In this document: positions 1-8,392 of the stretch, piece after piece
How the letters are laid out: each line of letters begins with the position of its first letter
Position numbering within the stretch: position 1 is the stretch's first letter
Assembly (NCBI RefSeq): GCF_041916975.1
Contig: NZ_JAYRYK010000001.1
Coordinates: 1,006,270 to 1,070,269, forward strand
Reading direction: 5' to 3'
From: Sphingosinicella sp.
Lineage (GTDB): Bacteria; Pseudomonadota; Alphaproteobacteria; Sphingomonadales; Sphingomonadaceae
DNA length: 64,000 nucleotides
Notes under the pieces: model-generated
What the model was told of the DNA's origin: nothing
Database searches by the model: none
Seen by the model: only the letters and a program-made list of their open reading frames with translations
Program-made: the position numbers and the translations under genes

Positions 1-119
1 TCGGCGTGCCGCTCTACGCGCTGATCCGGCTCGACGTTCCCACCTACAGCGCGGACAGGCTGCCGCAGGACCTTGCCGCGCTGCCCGCGGTGAAGCCGGG
101 ATCGAGGGCCGCCGCGTGA
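1..119 (+). CDS. 3' end of an unidentified CDS (5' part lies outside the window)
   Basis: Frame 3 is open from the window edge to TGA 117-119. The stop overlaps the pdxJ GTG start (GTGA coupling). The 38-aa tail [38 protein letters not shown] is not recognisable to me. Confidence 0.3.
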   Translation, partial: GVPLYALIRLDVPTYSADRLPQDLAALPAVKPGSRAAA

Positions 120-865
120 GCAAACTGCGCCTTGGCGTGAACATCGATCACGTTGCCACGATCCGCAACGCGCGCGGCGGCGTGCATCCCGATCCCGTGA
201 AGGCGGCGCTGATCGCAGCGGCTGCGGGCGCGGACGGCATCACCGCGCACCTCCGCGAAGACCGGCGCCACATCAGCGACGACGACATCGCACGGCTTTC
301 AAACGAGATCGACCTGCCGCTCAACCTCGAAATGGCGGCGACCGAGGAGATGCTGGACATCGCGCTGCGCCATGCGCCGCACGCCGTGTGCATCGTGCCC
401 GAGCGGCGCGAGGAGCGCACGACCGAGGGCGGGCTCGACGTCGTCGGCAACCAGCCGAACCTGCGCACGTTCGTGGAGCGGCTTTCGGCGCGCGGTTGCC
501 GTGTCAGCCTGTTCATCGAAGCCGATCCCGAGCAGATCGAGGCTTCGGCGGCGATCGGTGCCGCCGTCGTCGAACTGCACACCGGCCGCTACGCGCTGAC
601 CGAAGGCATTTCGCGCGACGAGGAACTGGAGCGGCTGACCGCGGGCGCGGCGCTTGCGGCAAAACGCGGCCTCGAGGTTCATGCCGGGCACGGGCTTCGC
701 TTCGATAACGTGGCGGCGATCGCCGCGATTCCCGAGGTCGCCGAACTCAACATCGGGCATTTCCTTGTCGGTGAGGCCGTGTTCATCGGCCTCGATGCCG
801 CGATCCGCGAGATGCGGCGGCTGATGGACGAAGCGCGCGCCACGCCCACCGCCGCGGGAGCCTGA
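116..865 (+). CDS. pdxJ: Pyridoxine 5'-phosphate synthase
   Basis: 249 aa. [29 protein letters not shown] and HAGHGL are hallmark PdxJ motifs. GTG start. Confidence 0.95.
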   Translation: MSKLRLGVNIDHVATIRNARGGVHPDPVKAALIAAAAGADGITAHLREDRRHISDDDIARLSNEIDLPLNLEMAATEEMLDIALRHAPHAVCIVPERREERTTEGGLDVVGNQPNLRTFVERLSARGCRVSLFIEADPEQIEASAAIGAAVVELHTGRYALTEGISRDEELERLTAGAALAAKRGLEVHAGHGLRFDNVAAIAAIPEVAELNIGHFLVGEAVFIGLDAAIREMRRLMDEARATPTAAGA

Positions 866-1275
866 TCCTGCCCCACGTCGTCGGCCTCGGCTCTGACCTC
901 TGCAACATCGAGCGTATCCAATCGAGCCTCGACCGGTTCGGCGCGCGCTTCATCAACCGCGTGTTCACCGAGATCGAGATCGCGCGGTCCGAACGCCGCG
1001 TGCTGACGCGCGCAGCCTCCTACGCCAAGCGCTTCGCGGCAAAAGAGGCCTGCTCGAAGGCGCTCGGAACCGGGTTCCGGCGCGGCGTGTTCATGCGGGA
1101 CATGGGCGTCATCAACCTCCCCTCCGGCCAGCCGACGCTGGCGCTGACCGGTGGCGCAGCACTGCGGCTCGCCGAGATCACGCCCGATGGCCACACGCTC
1201 GACATCCACCTGACACTGACCGACGACTACCCGTGGGCGCAGGCGATGGTGCTGATCACAGCGCGGCCGCTATGA
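862..1275 (+). CDS. acpS: Holo-[acyl-carrier-protein] synthase; start codon uncertain and non-canonical
   Basis: Conserved AcpS segments are present ([34 protein letters not shown]). The N-terminal box lies upstream of the first canonical start (GTG 961). After the in-frame TGA at 772-774, only CTG 862, ATC 865 or CTG 868 are available. Confidence 0.8.
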   Translation: MILPHVVGLGSDLCNIERIQSSLDRFGARFINRVFTEIEIARSERRVLTRAASYAKRFAAKEACSKALGTGFRRGVFMRDMGVINLPSGQPTLALTGGAALRLAEITPDGHTLDIHLTLTDDYPWAQAMVLITARPL

Positions 1276-2093
1276 GCGGCAAGAAGCCCGGCATCGACTG
1301 GAAGAAGGAACTGCGTTACGCGGCGCTGCTCGGCGTCGCGGTGATGGGCATCTGGTCGTTCGTCGCCAAGCCCTTCTACATTCCATCGGAATCGATGGTG
1401 CCGACGTTGCTGGTGGGCGACCGGCTCGTCGTCACCAAATATCCCTACGGCTTTTCATACCTGTCGCCGTTCCTGCCCGTGCTGCCGAAGATGGAAGGAC
1501 GCGCGTTCGGCAAGATGCCGGAGCGGGGCGACATCGTCGTGGTGAAGTCACCGAGCGACCACAAGGACTGGATCAAGCGCGTGATCGGCCTTCCGGGCGA
1601 CACGGTGCAGATGCAGGGCGGCGTGCTCTACCTCAACAACACCGCCGTGCCGAAACGCCCCGCCGCGCCGACGATGATCCCGGAAACCGACAACATGCCC
1701 TGCGCGCGGCCGGAGTTCCGCGTGGTCGAGGCCAATGGGACACGCTTCTGTCGCTATCCGCGCTTCATCGAGACACTGCCCGGAACGCAGGGAACCGGGC
1801 GCAGCTATGCCGTGCTCGACCTTCTGTTCAGCTACGCCGACGACACGCCGCCGGTGCTCGTGCCGCAGGGCCACGTGTTCCTGATGGGCGACAACCGCGA
1901 CCGCTCCGCCGACAGCCGCTTCTCGCCTGAGGAAGGCGGGCTCGGCCTGCTGCCGATCGAGAACGTGATCGGCCGCGCCGAATTCACGACCTTCTCGCTC
2001 GACGGCAGCCAGCGCTTCTGGAACCCCGTGAGCTGGTTCACCGCACTGCGCGGGGAGCGGGCCTGGGTGTCGCTGCGGGACGGGGACGAGTAG
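1272..2093 (+). CDS. lepB: Signal peptidase I
   Basis: N-terminal TM anchor, SESMVPTL serine box, [15 protein letters not shown] lysine box and [14 protein letters not shown] 1272 overlaps the acpS stop (ATGA). Confidence 0.93.
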   Translation: MSGKKPGIDWKKELRYAALLGVAVMGIWSFVAKPFYIPSESMVPTLLVGDRLVVTKYPYGFSYLSPFLPVLPKMEGRAFGKMPERGDIVVVKSPSDHKDWIKRVIGLPGDTVQMQGGVLYLNNTAVPKRPAAPTMIPETDNMPCARPEFRVVEANGTRFCRYPRFIETLPGTQGTGRSYAVLDLLFSYADDTPPVLVPQGHVFLMGDNRDRSADSRFSPEEGGLGLLPIENVIGRAEFTTFSLDGSQRFWNPVSWFTALRGERAWVSLRDGDE

Positions 2094-2105
2094 CGGCGGC
2101 GCAGG

Positions 2106-2172
2106 CCACCCTCACCAACTTCGCCTATGGCCTGCGGCCAAGGCTTCGTATCCTCTCCCATCAAGGGAGAGG
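2106..2172 (+). repeat. Structured repeat unit A (5' box ccaccctcacc, small GC hairpin, 21-nt hairpin cctctccc-atca-agggagagg)
   Basis: Read directly. The 11-nt box and the 21-nt palindromic hairpin are identical to unit C. The internal mini-hairpin is ggcc-tgc-ggcc. Confidence 0.8.
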
Positions 2173-2183
2173 TTGGTCTGTAT

Positions 2184-2244
2184 CCCCTCTCCCTTGATGG
2201 GAGAAGGAGGGGCCCGCCGCGAAGCGGTGGGAGGGTGAGGGTGG
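2184..2244 (-). repeat. Structured repeat unit B (inverted copy of units A and C)
   Basis: The reverse complement reads ccaccctcacc...ccgc-ttc-gcgg...ccttctcccatcaagggagagggg. It forms a large inverted repeat with unit A across an 11-nt spacer and ends 1 nt before the DUF559 GTG start. Confidence 0.75.
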
Positions 2245-2604
2245 GTGAAACGCTATCCAACGGCAGCAGCAATTCCGCGTGCACGACGATTGCGGCGCGA
2301 TGCGACCGTGTTCGAGCGGATACTTTGGGCCGCACTCCGGGAGCGGCTGCCGGGATTGAAGTTTCGCAGGCAGGTACCGTTCGGCCCCTACATCGCCGAT
2401 TTCGCAAGCCATCGGGCACGGCTGATTATCGAACTCGACGGCGACGGACACGCGTTCCAGATCGAAGCGGACGCCGAGCGGAGCCGGTTTCTGGAAAGCG
2501 AAGGTTATCGGGTGCTGCGGTTCTGGAACGCAGAGGTTTTGGATAATCTCGATGGGGTCATCGACACGATCAGCGCTGCTGCCACCCTCACCGACTGCGA
2601 CTAG
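2245..2604 (+). CDS. DUF559 (Vsr-like endonuclease fold) domain protein
   Basis: 119 aa. ARRLRRDATVFERILWAALR, KFRRQVPFGPYIADFASH, IIELDG and GYRVLRFWNAEV are typical of the DUF559 family. The GTG start is preceded by a purine-rich stretch supplied by repeat unit B. Confidence 0.85.
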   Translation: MKRYPTAAAIPRARRLRRDATVFERILWAALRERLPGLKFRRQVPFGPYIADFASHRARLIIELDGDGHAFQIEADAERSRFLESEGYRVLRFWNAEVLDNLDGVIDTISAAATLTDCD

Positions 2605-2650
2605 CCGGTTTCACCGGCAAGTCTCGTTTCCTCTCCCATCAAGGGAGAGG
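2582..2650 (+). repeat. Structured repeat unit C
   Basis: ccaccctcacc ... gccgg-tttca-ccggc ... cctctcccatcaagggagagg. Its 5' box encodes the last 7 codons and the stop of the DUF559 gene. Confidence 0.8.
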
Positions 2651-2652
2651 AT

Positions 2653-3144
2653 TTATTGCGGCGGCATACCCTGTTCGAGGGCTTCGCGCGGGGCGATTTC
2701 CAGGAGTTCGACGTCGAATTCCAGCGTCGCGTTCGGCGGGATGACGCCGCCTGCGCCTTCCGCGCCGTAGGCAAGCTGCGGCGGGATGCGGAAGCGGTAC
2801 TTGGAGCCCTTCGACATGAGCTGGATGCCTTCCTGCCAGCCGGGGATCACGGCGTTCACCGGAAAGGCTGCGGGCTGGCCGCGGTCGTAGCTCGAATCGA
2901 ACTTGGTGCCGTTGGCCAGACGGCCTTCATAGTGGACGAGCACCACGTCGTCAGCGGTCGGCTTCTGGCCGGCGGCCTCGCGGATCACCTCGTACATCAG
3001 GCCCGAAGCTGTCGTTTGCATATTGGCAGGCACCGCGAATTTCTGTGTTCCGGCCCATGCGAGCACGCCCATGCCGACGAGAAGAACCGCGATGAGCAGA
3101 ACCCAACGGCCAAGGCCGCTACCGCGCGTCGCAACAGTCGCCAT
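2653..3144 (-). CDS. FKBP-type peptidyl-prolyl cis-trans isomerase, membrane-anchored or secreted
   Basis: 163 aa. N-terminal hydrophobic anchor, then VLVHYEGRLANGTKFDSSYDRGQPAAFPVNAVIPGWQEGIQLM and GGVIPPNATLEFDVELLE (FKBP_C domain). Confidence 0.9.
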   Translation of the reverse strand: MATVATRGSGLGRWVLLIAVLLVGMGVLAWAGTQKFAVPANMQTTASGLMYEVIREAAGQKPTADDVVLVHYEGRLANGTKFDSSYDRGQPAAFPVNAVIPGWQEGIQLMSKGSKYRFRIPPQLAYGAEGAGGVIPPNATLEFDVELLEIAPREALEQGMPPQ

Positions 3145-3208
3145 CAGCGCACACTCCAGACCTGAAACCTGAACGAGATCCGGCCCTCATTTTGGACCGG
3201 AGACCGGC

Positions 3209-3415
3209 TTAACGAACGCCGTCGCGCTCGGCGCGCTTGCGCTCCAGCTTACGGGCGCGGCGGACGGCGGCAGCCTTCTCGCGGGCACGCTTCTCGGAGG
3301 GCTTCTCGTAGTGACGGCGCAGCTTCATCTCGCGGTAGACACCTTCACGCTGCAGCTTCTTCTTGAGCGCACGAAGGGCCTGATCGACGTTGTTGTCGCG
3401 AACGATGATTTGCAT
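3209..3415 (-). CDS. rpsU: 30S ribosomal protein S21
   Basis: 68 aa. [43 protein letters not shown] is canonical bS21. Confidence 0.97.
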   Translation of the reverse strand: MQIIVRDNNVDQALRALKKKLQREGVYREMKLRRHYEKPSEKRAREKAAAVRRARKLERKRAERDGVR

Positions 3416-3595
3416 TGCGGCCGTCTACTCCAATCCAGTTTTGCCGTTTGCCCGGCACAATAAAACGAGCCGCCAGAGGCAAGCCTTGGCGGAAAGAGCG
3501 CGCGATCTAGCAGATTCGGGCCAGTGCGGCAAGGGTCTGCGGGTAGCGCCCGAAGCAGGGCTGACGCCCCGGCACGGCTCGTGTATCACATCGCC

Positions 3596-4264
3596 ATGAC
3601 CGACACCATCGCGCCCGCTGACATGACGCTCGACGAGCTTCGCCCCGTGCTGGTGGAAGCTCTGCTGCCCAACGTGGCGTTCGACGGCTGGAGCGCGGCG
3701 GCGCTGGATGCCTCTGCCGCTGCGATCGGCATCCCGGCGGACCGGGCGCGGCTGGTGTTCCCGGGCGGCGCGACCGAGATGATCGATGCCTGGATCCTGA
3801 AAACGGACCACGACATGGCTGCGGAAATGGCGCGGCGCGGTGCGGCCGCGATGAAGATTCGCGACCGCATCACCACCGCGATCCGCATCCGCATCGATCA
3901 GGCGCGCCCGCACAAGGAGGCCGTGCGCCGTGCGTTCGCCGTGCTCGCACAGCCGCAGAACGCCGCGCTTTCGGCGCGTACGCTGTGGCGCAGCGCCGAT
4001 GCCATGTGGCGCGCCGCAGGCGACACGGCGACCGACTTCAACCATTATACCAAGCGCCTCTCACTCGGCGGCGTCTATGCCGCGACCCTGCTCTACTGGC
4101 TGCAGGACGAGAGTGAGGACGATGCGGACACGTTCGCGTTCCTCGGCCGCCGCATCGACACGATCATGCAGGTGGAAAAGGCCAAGATGCGCTTCCGCGA
4201 GCAGGCCGGAAACCGCCCTCGCCTCTCCCGTTTCCTGGGCCGCCTGCGCTATCCTGCCGCGTAG
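3596..4264 (+). CDS. COQ9-family protein ('rpsU-divergently transcribed protein')
   Basis: Divergent from rpsU, as is typical for this family in alphaproteobacteria. The helical ~220-aa protein ends ...TFAFLGRRIDTIMQVEKAK. I prefer ATG 3596 over the longer track ORF (3524). Confidence 0.7.
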   Translation: MTDTIAPADMTLDELRPVLVEALLPNVAFDGWSAAALDASAAAIGIPADRARLVFPGGATEMIDAWILKTDHDMAAEMARRGAAAMKIRDRITTAIRIRIDQARPHKEAVRRAFAVLAQPQNAALSARTLWRSADAMWRAAGDTATDFNHYTKRLSLGGVYAATLLYWLQDESEDDADTFAFLGRRIDTIMQVEKAKMRFREQAGNRPRLSRFLGRLRYPAA

Positions 4265-4290
4265 GGCACGCTCGCCCTAGTCAAGCCACA

Positions 4291-4320
4291 TTGAACATGA
4301 TAATCGCTCGCAACAATACG
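4291..4320 (+). promoter_or_regulatory. Candidate Fur box / promoter region upstream of feoA
   Basis: An AT-rich patch, ttgaacaTGATAATCGCTcgcaacaata, lies 12-40 nt upstream of feoA. TGATAATC matches the Fur-box half-site GATAATGATAATCATTATC; the rest of the box is degenerate. Confidence 0.3.
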
Positions 4321-4331
4321 AGCAGATCAGA

Positions 4332-4604
4332 GTGTTCATGCGGATCGAGGACCTCAAGACCGGGCAGACGGCCAGCGTCGTGAAGATCATGGAGACCGGC
4401 ACGCACGCCCCCGAAGCGCTGCGCCTGCGGGAAATGGGCTTCGACGAAGGCGTCGAGATCGAAGTGCTGCACCGCGGTCTGATCGGCGGCTGCCCCATTG
4501 CTCTGCGTGTCGGCAACAACGTCATCGCGCTGCGCAAGGCCGCGACGCGGTTGCTGGAGGTCAGCACAATACCCGCCGGCATACAGGCCGAGGCTGCCGA
4601 ATGA
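4332..4604 (+). CDS. feoA: Ferrous iron transport protein A
   Basis: 90 aa SH3-like FeoA (LKTGQTASVVKI..., LRLREMGFDEGVEIEV..., IALRVGNNVIALRK). The start is GTG 4332 or ATG 4338. The stop overlaps the feoB ATG (ATGA). Confidence 0.85.
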   Translation: MFMRIEDLKTGQTASVVKIMETGTHAPEALRLREMGFDEGVEIEVLHRGLIGGCPIALRVGNNVIALRKAATRLLEVSTIPAGIQAEAAE

Positions 4605-6454
4605 ATGCAGTGACCGCCGCGCCGATGGTGGCGCTGGTCGGCAATCCCAACGCCGGCAAGACATCGCTGTTCAACGCGCTGACCGGCGCGCGGCAGAAGG
4701 TGGGCAATTATCCGGGCGTTACGGTGGAGCGGAAGGTCGGCTCGATGCAGCTTCCCGACGGCTCGCACGTCGAGATCGTCGACCTGCCCGGCACCTACAG
4801 CCTCAGCCCCCATTCGCCCGACGAGCAGGTGACGCGCGACGTTCTGATGGGCGAGCACGGCATCGAGCGGGCGCCCAACGCGATCATCTGCGTGGTAGAT
4901 GCCACGAACCTGCGCAATCACCTGCGCTTCGTGCTCGAACTCGCGCGGCTCGGGCGGCCGATGGTCGTCGCGCTCAACATGATCGACCTTGCTGACCGCG
5001 ACGGCACGAAGATCGATACCGCAAGACTCTCCCAGCTTCTCGGCCTGCCGGTCGTGCCCACGGTCGCGGTCCGACGGCGCGGGCTTGCCGATCTGGGGCA
5101 GGAAACGCTTTCGATGCTGATGCGCGAGGCGGTTCCGCCCGGGCCGGGCGCGGATATCCGCGCGCTTCAGCACGAGGCGCAGCGCATCGCACAGGCGGTG
5201 ACGACACTGTCCGGCGGCGCGGGCGCCGCAACGCGGCGCATCGACAATGTCGCGCTCCATCCCGTGTTCGGACCCGTGATCCTGGCGGCGCTGCTGTTCA
5301 TCATGTTCCAGGCGGTGTTCGCGTGGGCCGAAGCGCCGATGGCGTGGATCGAAGAGGGCATCGCCGCGCTTCAGGGACTTGCGACCGGCATGCTTCCCGA
5401 AGGCTGGTTCCGATCGATGATCGTGGACGGCGTTCTCGCGGGCGTCGGCGGCGTCGTGGTGTTCCTGCCGCAGATCCTGATCCTCTTCGCGTTCATCCTC
5501 GTGCTCGAACAATCGGGCTACATGACGCGCGCGGCGTTCCTGATGGACCGGCTGATGGCGTATGTCGGCCTCAACGGGCGCGCGTTCATCCCCCTCCTCT
5601 CGTCCTTCGCCTGCGCGATTCCGGGGATCATGGCGACGCGCAGCATCGACGATCCCAAGGACCGGCTGACCACCATCCTGATCGCACCGCTGATGACGTG
5701 CTCGGCACGGCTTCCCGTCTACGCCGTGATGATCGCCGCGTTCATCCCGGATCGGCAGGTCGGTTTTGCAAACCTGCAGGGCCTCGTGCTGTTCGGTCTC
5801 TACGTATTCGGCATCGTCGGCGCGATGGTGGCAGCGCTTGTGCTGCGGCGGACGGTGACGCGGGGTACGGGCAGCGGCTTCATGATGGAAATGCCGAAAT
5901 ACCAGTGGCCCATCCTGCGCGACCTCATCATCGGCCTGTGGCAGCGCGGCGTCGTTTTCATGAAGCGCGCGGGCGGCATCATCCTTGCCTCGACAATCCT
6001 GCTGTGGGCGTTCGCGAGCTATCCGGTGCCGCCGGAAGGCTCGGACGAATCGCCGATCGAATATTCGATTGCGGGACGCATCGGCAGCGCGCTCGAAGTT
6101 GTGTTCTCGCCGATCGGCTTCAACCACGAGATCAGCATGACGATGCTGCCGACGCTCGCCGCTCGCGAGGTTTCCGTGGCGGCGCTCGGCACGATCTACA
6201 GCCTGCAGACCGACGACGAGGATGCATTGCAGGAAAGCCTCGTCGACCGCCTGCGTTCGGCGTGGCCGCTGCCGACCGCGCTCGCCTTCCTCGTGTGGGT
6301 GGTGTTCGCCCCGCAGTGCATCTCGACGCTCGCGGTCGTGAAGCGCGAGACGAACGGGTGGAAGTGGCCGCTGTTCATGTTTGCGTACCTGTTCGCACTT
6401 GCTTATGTCATGGCCGGGATCACTTACTGGATCAGCCGGGCACTCATCGGCTGA
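4601..6454 (+). CDS. feoB: Ferrous iron transporter B (GTPase plus permease)
   Basis: 617 aa. G1 motif GNPNAGKTSLFNALTG, DLPGTYSL, NMIDLA, then a polytopic membrane domain. Confidence 0.95.
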   Translation: MNAVTAAPMVALVGNPNAGKTSLFNALTGARQKVGNYPGVTVERKVGSMQLPDGSHVEIVDLPGTYSLSPHSPDEQVTRDVLMGEHGIERAPNAIICVVDATNLRNHLRFVLELARLGRPMVVALNMIDLADRDGTKIDTARLSQLLGLPVVPTVAVRRRGLADLGQETLSMLMREAVPPGPGADIRALQHEAQRIAQAVTTLSGGAGAATRRIDNVALHPVFGPVILAALLFIMFQAVFAWAEAPMAWIEEGIAALQGLATGMLPEGWFRSMIVDGVLAGVGGVVVFLPQILILFAFILVLEQSGYMTRAAFLMDRLMAYVGLNGRAFIPLLSSFACAIPGIMATRSIDDPKDRLTTILIAPLMTCSARLPVYAVMIAAFIPDRQVGFANLQGLVLFGLYVFGIVGAMVAALVLRRTVTRGTGSGFMMEMPKYQWPILRDLIIGLWQRGVVFMKRAGGIILASTILLWAFASYPVPPEGSDESPIEYSIAGRIGSALEVVFSPIGFNHEISMTMLPTLAAREVSVAALGTIYSLQTDDEDALQESLVDRLRSAWPLPTALAFLVWVVFAPQCISTLAVVKRETNGWKWPLFMFAYLFALAYVMAGITYWISRALIG

Positions 6455-6475
6455 TTCCCACGACAAGGGAAAAGC

Positions 6476-6985
6476 ATGGCGGGCAGCGTCAACAAGGTCA
6501 TTCTGATCGGCAATCTCGGCGCAGACCCGGAAACGCGTACGATGGGCAGCGGCGGCAAGGTCGTGAACATGCGCATCGCCACCTCCGAGAACTGGACGGA
6601 CAAAGCGAGCGGCGAACGCCGCGAGAAGACCGAGTGGCACACCGTCGTGATCTTCAACGAGAACCTCGCGCGGGTTGCCGAGCAGTATCTGCGCAAGGGC
6701 AGCAAGGTCTATGTCGAAGGCCAGCTCCAGACCCGCAAGTGGCAGGACCAGTCCGGACAGGATCGCTACACGACCGAGATCGTGTTGCAGCGCTTCCGCG
6801 GTGAACTGACGCTGCTCGACGGCCGCGGCGAAGGCGGTGGCGGCGGTGGCAACTATGGCGGCGGCGGATCCGGTGGTGGATCGGGGGGCGGCTTCGGTGG
6901 TGGAAGCGGCGGCGGTGGCGGCGGATCGCGCCAGGGCAGCCGGCCGAGCTTCGACGACGATCTCGACGACGACGTGCCGTTCTGA
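6476..6985 (+). CDS. ssb: Single-stranded DNA-binding protein
   Basis: 169 aa. OB fold ([23 protein letters not shown]), Gly-rich linker and acidic tip [10 protein letters not shown]. Confidence 0.97.
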   Translation: MAGSVNKVILIGNLGADPETRTMGSGGKVVNMRIATSENWTDKASGERREKTEWHTVVIFNENLARVAEQYLRKGSKVYVEGQLQTRKWQDQSGQDRYTTEIVLQRFRGELTLLDGRGEGGGGGGNYGGGGSGGGSGGGFGGGSGGGGGGSRQGSRPSFDDDLDDDVPF

Positions 6986-7016
6986 TCGTCCGGCTGTCGG
7001 CACCGTTTACAGTTTG

Positions 7017-7044
7017 AAGGGGCGTCCGTTCGGACGCCCTTTTC
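7017..7044 (+). terminator. Rho-independent terminator of ssb
   Basis: Stem gggcgtcc / ggacgccc (7020-7027 / 7032-7039), 4-nt loop, then a TTTT run. Confidence 0.7.
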
Positions 7045-7174
7045 ATTAACTATCCAAGGGGTTGGCGGCGTTTAATGAAGCGGCGCACCACGCTTGCTGG
7101 CACGGCGTTTGCAAAGCAGAGGGCGTGGGCAACGGCTCTCGCCCACAACAGAGTTCCCAGTCTCTGATCTCAAG

Positions 7175-7206
7175 CAAGGCCGGGGAGCCAAAACTTCCCG
7201 GCCTTG
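7175..7206. terminator. 10-bp GC hairpin just downstream of the yceD-like stop
   Basis: caaggccggg-N12-cccggccttg. On the + strand a TTTTT run follows 6 nt later. On the - strand there is no U run. Function and strand are uncertain. Confidence 0.3.
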
Positions 7207-7216
7207 CACTCCTTTT

Positions 7217-7744
7217 TCAGCTGTTGCGCTTCAGCGCCGCGAATGGATTTGCCTGCGCCTTTTCCGCAGCCTCGCGCTCCGCCGCCTCCTCCTCGCTCAG
7301 CAGACGCCGCCGCGCGGCGGCAAGCACTTCGGCATCCGCATGCGGGTATGGATCGAGCGCGAGACCGAAGGTCTGCGCAGCAACCTCGCCGAGGTCTATG
7401 CTTCGCCCCTCGATGGGCAGCACGTCGCAGTCCCCTTCGTGAAGTTCGATCTCCTCGCCCTGCCCGAGGTCGTGGAGGAACAACAGCTCGACAGGCTCAT
7501 CGATCCGCGCCGGGACATCCTCGCCCGAAGTGACGCAGGCCTGCACGGCATCGCCCTCGACCCGGCCCGTCACACGCACGCCGCCGGGGGCGGGCGCCGC
7601 GGTCAGCGCCGCCTCCAGCCGATCCAGCGCGCGAAGATCGAACCGCGCGGCGAGCGCCGCACGCTCTTCCGCGTTTGCCGCAATCCGGCGTTCAACGCCC
7701 GCGCCGACCTCGTCGAGCGTGAGCAGCCTCACGAATTCGCTCAT
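7217..7744 (-). CDS. YceD/DUF177 family protein
   Basis: Acidic ~175-aa protein with ...DEPVELLF...EGDCDVLPIEG..IDLGEVAAQTFGLALDPYP. ATG 7744 overlaps the upstream stop (ATGA). Confidence 0.85.
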   Translation of the reverse strand: MSEFVRLLTLDEVGAGVERRIAANAEERAALAARFDLRALDRLEAALTAAPAPGGVRVTGRVEGDAVQACVTSGEDVPARIDEPVELLFLHDLGQGEEIELHEGDCDVLPIEGRSIDLGEVAAQTFGLALDPYPHADAEVLAAARRRLLSEEEAAEREAAEKAQANPFAALKRNS

Positions 7745-8256
7745 CCCAGAATCTCCGAAAGCGGCCGCGCGGTGCAGCGTGCCCATTCCTCGCGCACGCG
7801 CGCACCCAGCCAGTCCGGCGCGGCATCCTCACCGCGCAGCACGTTGCGGGCGAGCGCCGCGCTCAGCAAGGCGGGGTCGGCGTCTGGGCCAAGCGCCTCT
7901 CGATAGCTGCCGAGCCGGCCGCCGAGCGCCTGCATCGCGCGACCCATGTGCTTGCCGATCACCATGTCGCCGATGCCGATCTCGCGGAAGCTGCCGTCCA
8001 TGTCCGCCGCGAAGCGCTCGACGAGCAGGCTGGAAAGCGCCCGCGCACGCGCATCGTCCGCATCGCGTTCGAGCCGCACGAGCAGCAGCGACAGCGCCAG
8101 CACGACCATGTCGAAACGGCCGTCGATGCTGTCGGGCACGCCGCCCTCGACGTACCAGTCCGGCCGGCGCGCCACCGCGACGATCTCGTCATAGAGTTCC
8201 GCCGCGCGCACCTCTCCATCGGTCCCGGCATTTCGCCTTTGCAGCCATTTCAGCAT
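7741..8256 (-). CDS. Ubiquinol-cytochrome c chaperone (Cbp3-like) domain protein
   Basis: 171 aa. LYDEIVAVARRPDWY...DSIDGRFDMVVLALSLLLVRL...ERFAADMDGSFREIGIGDMVIGKHM matches the family as I know it. Confidence 0.8.
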   Translation of the reverse strand: MLKWLQRRNAGTDGEVRAAELYDEIVAVARRPDWYVEGGVPDSIDGRFDMVVLALSLLLVRLERDADDARARALSSLLVERFAADMDGSFREIGIGDMVIGKHMGRAMQALGGRLGSYREALGPDADPALLSAALARNVLRGEDAAPDWLGARVREEWARCTARPLSEILG

Positions 8257-8392
8257 GGTTCAGTCTCGTTTCATCCCGTATGCGCTAGCGAAAGAGGCGC
8301 GGCTCCAGCTTGCGGGGCCGCGGCAACATGCATATTGAGTGGCGAGGCCGCGAGGTCAATGCGCGAGGCCTCGGCCAAGGTCAGGAGTGTTC

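Noticed and set aside
2127-2546. 139-aa ORF across the repeat units and the DUF559 gene
   Set aside because: It reads through the palindromic repeats in a different frame from the clearly recognisable DUF559 protein.
4277-7003. 908-aa minus-strand ORF spanning feoA, feoB and ssb
   Set aside because: It is antisense to three genes with unmistakable motifs. The translation is Arg/Ala/Gly/Pro/His-rich with no recognisable domain. This is the typical shadow ORF of GC-rich DNA.
7131-7157. GGAAC-N18-CGTT on the minus strand in the ssb / yceD-like spacer
   Set aside because: The spacer is one nucleotide too long for the EcfG consensus, and there is no terminator or gene downstream. It is kept only as a remark inside the spacer finding.
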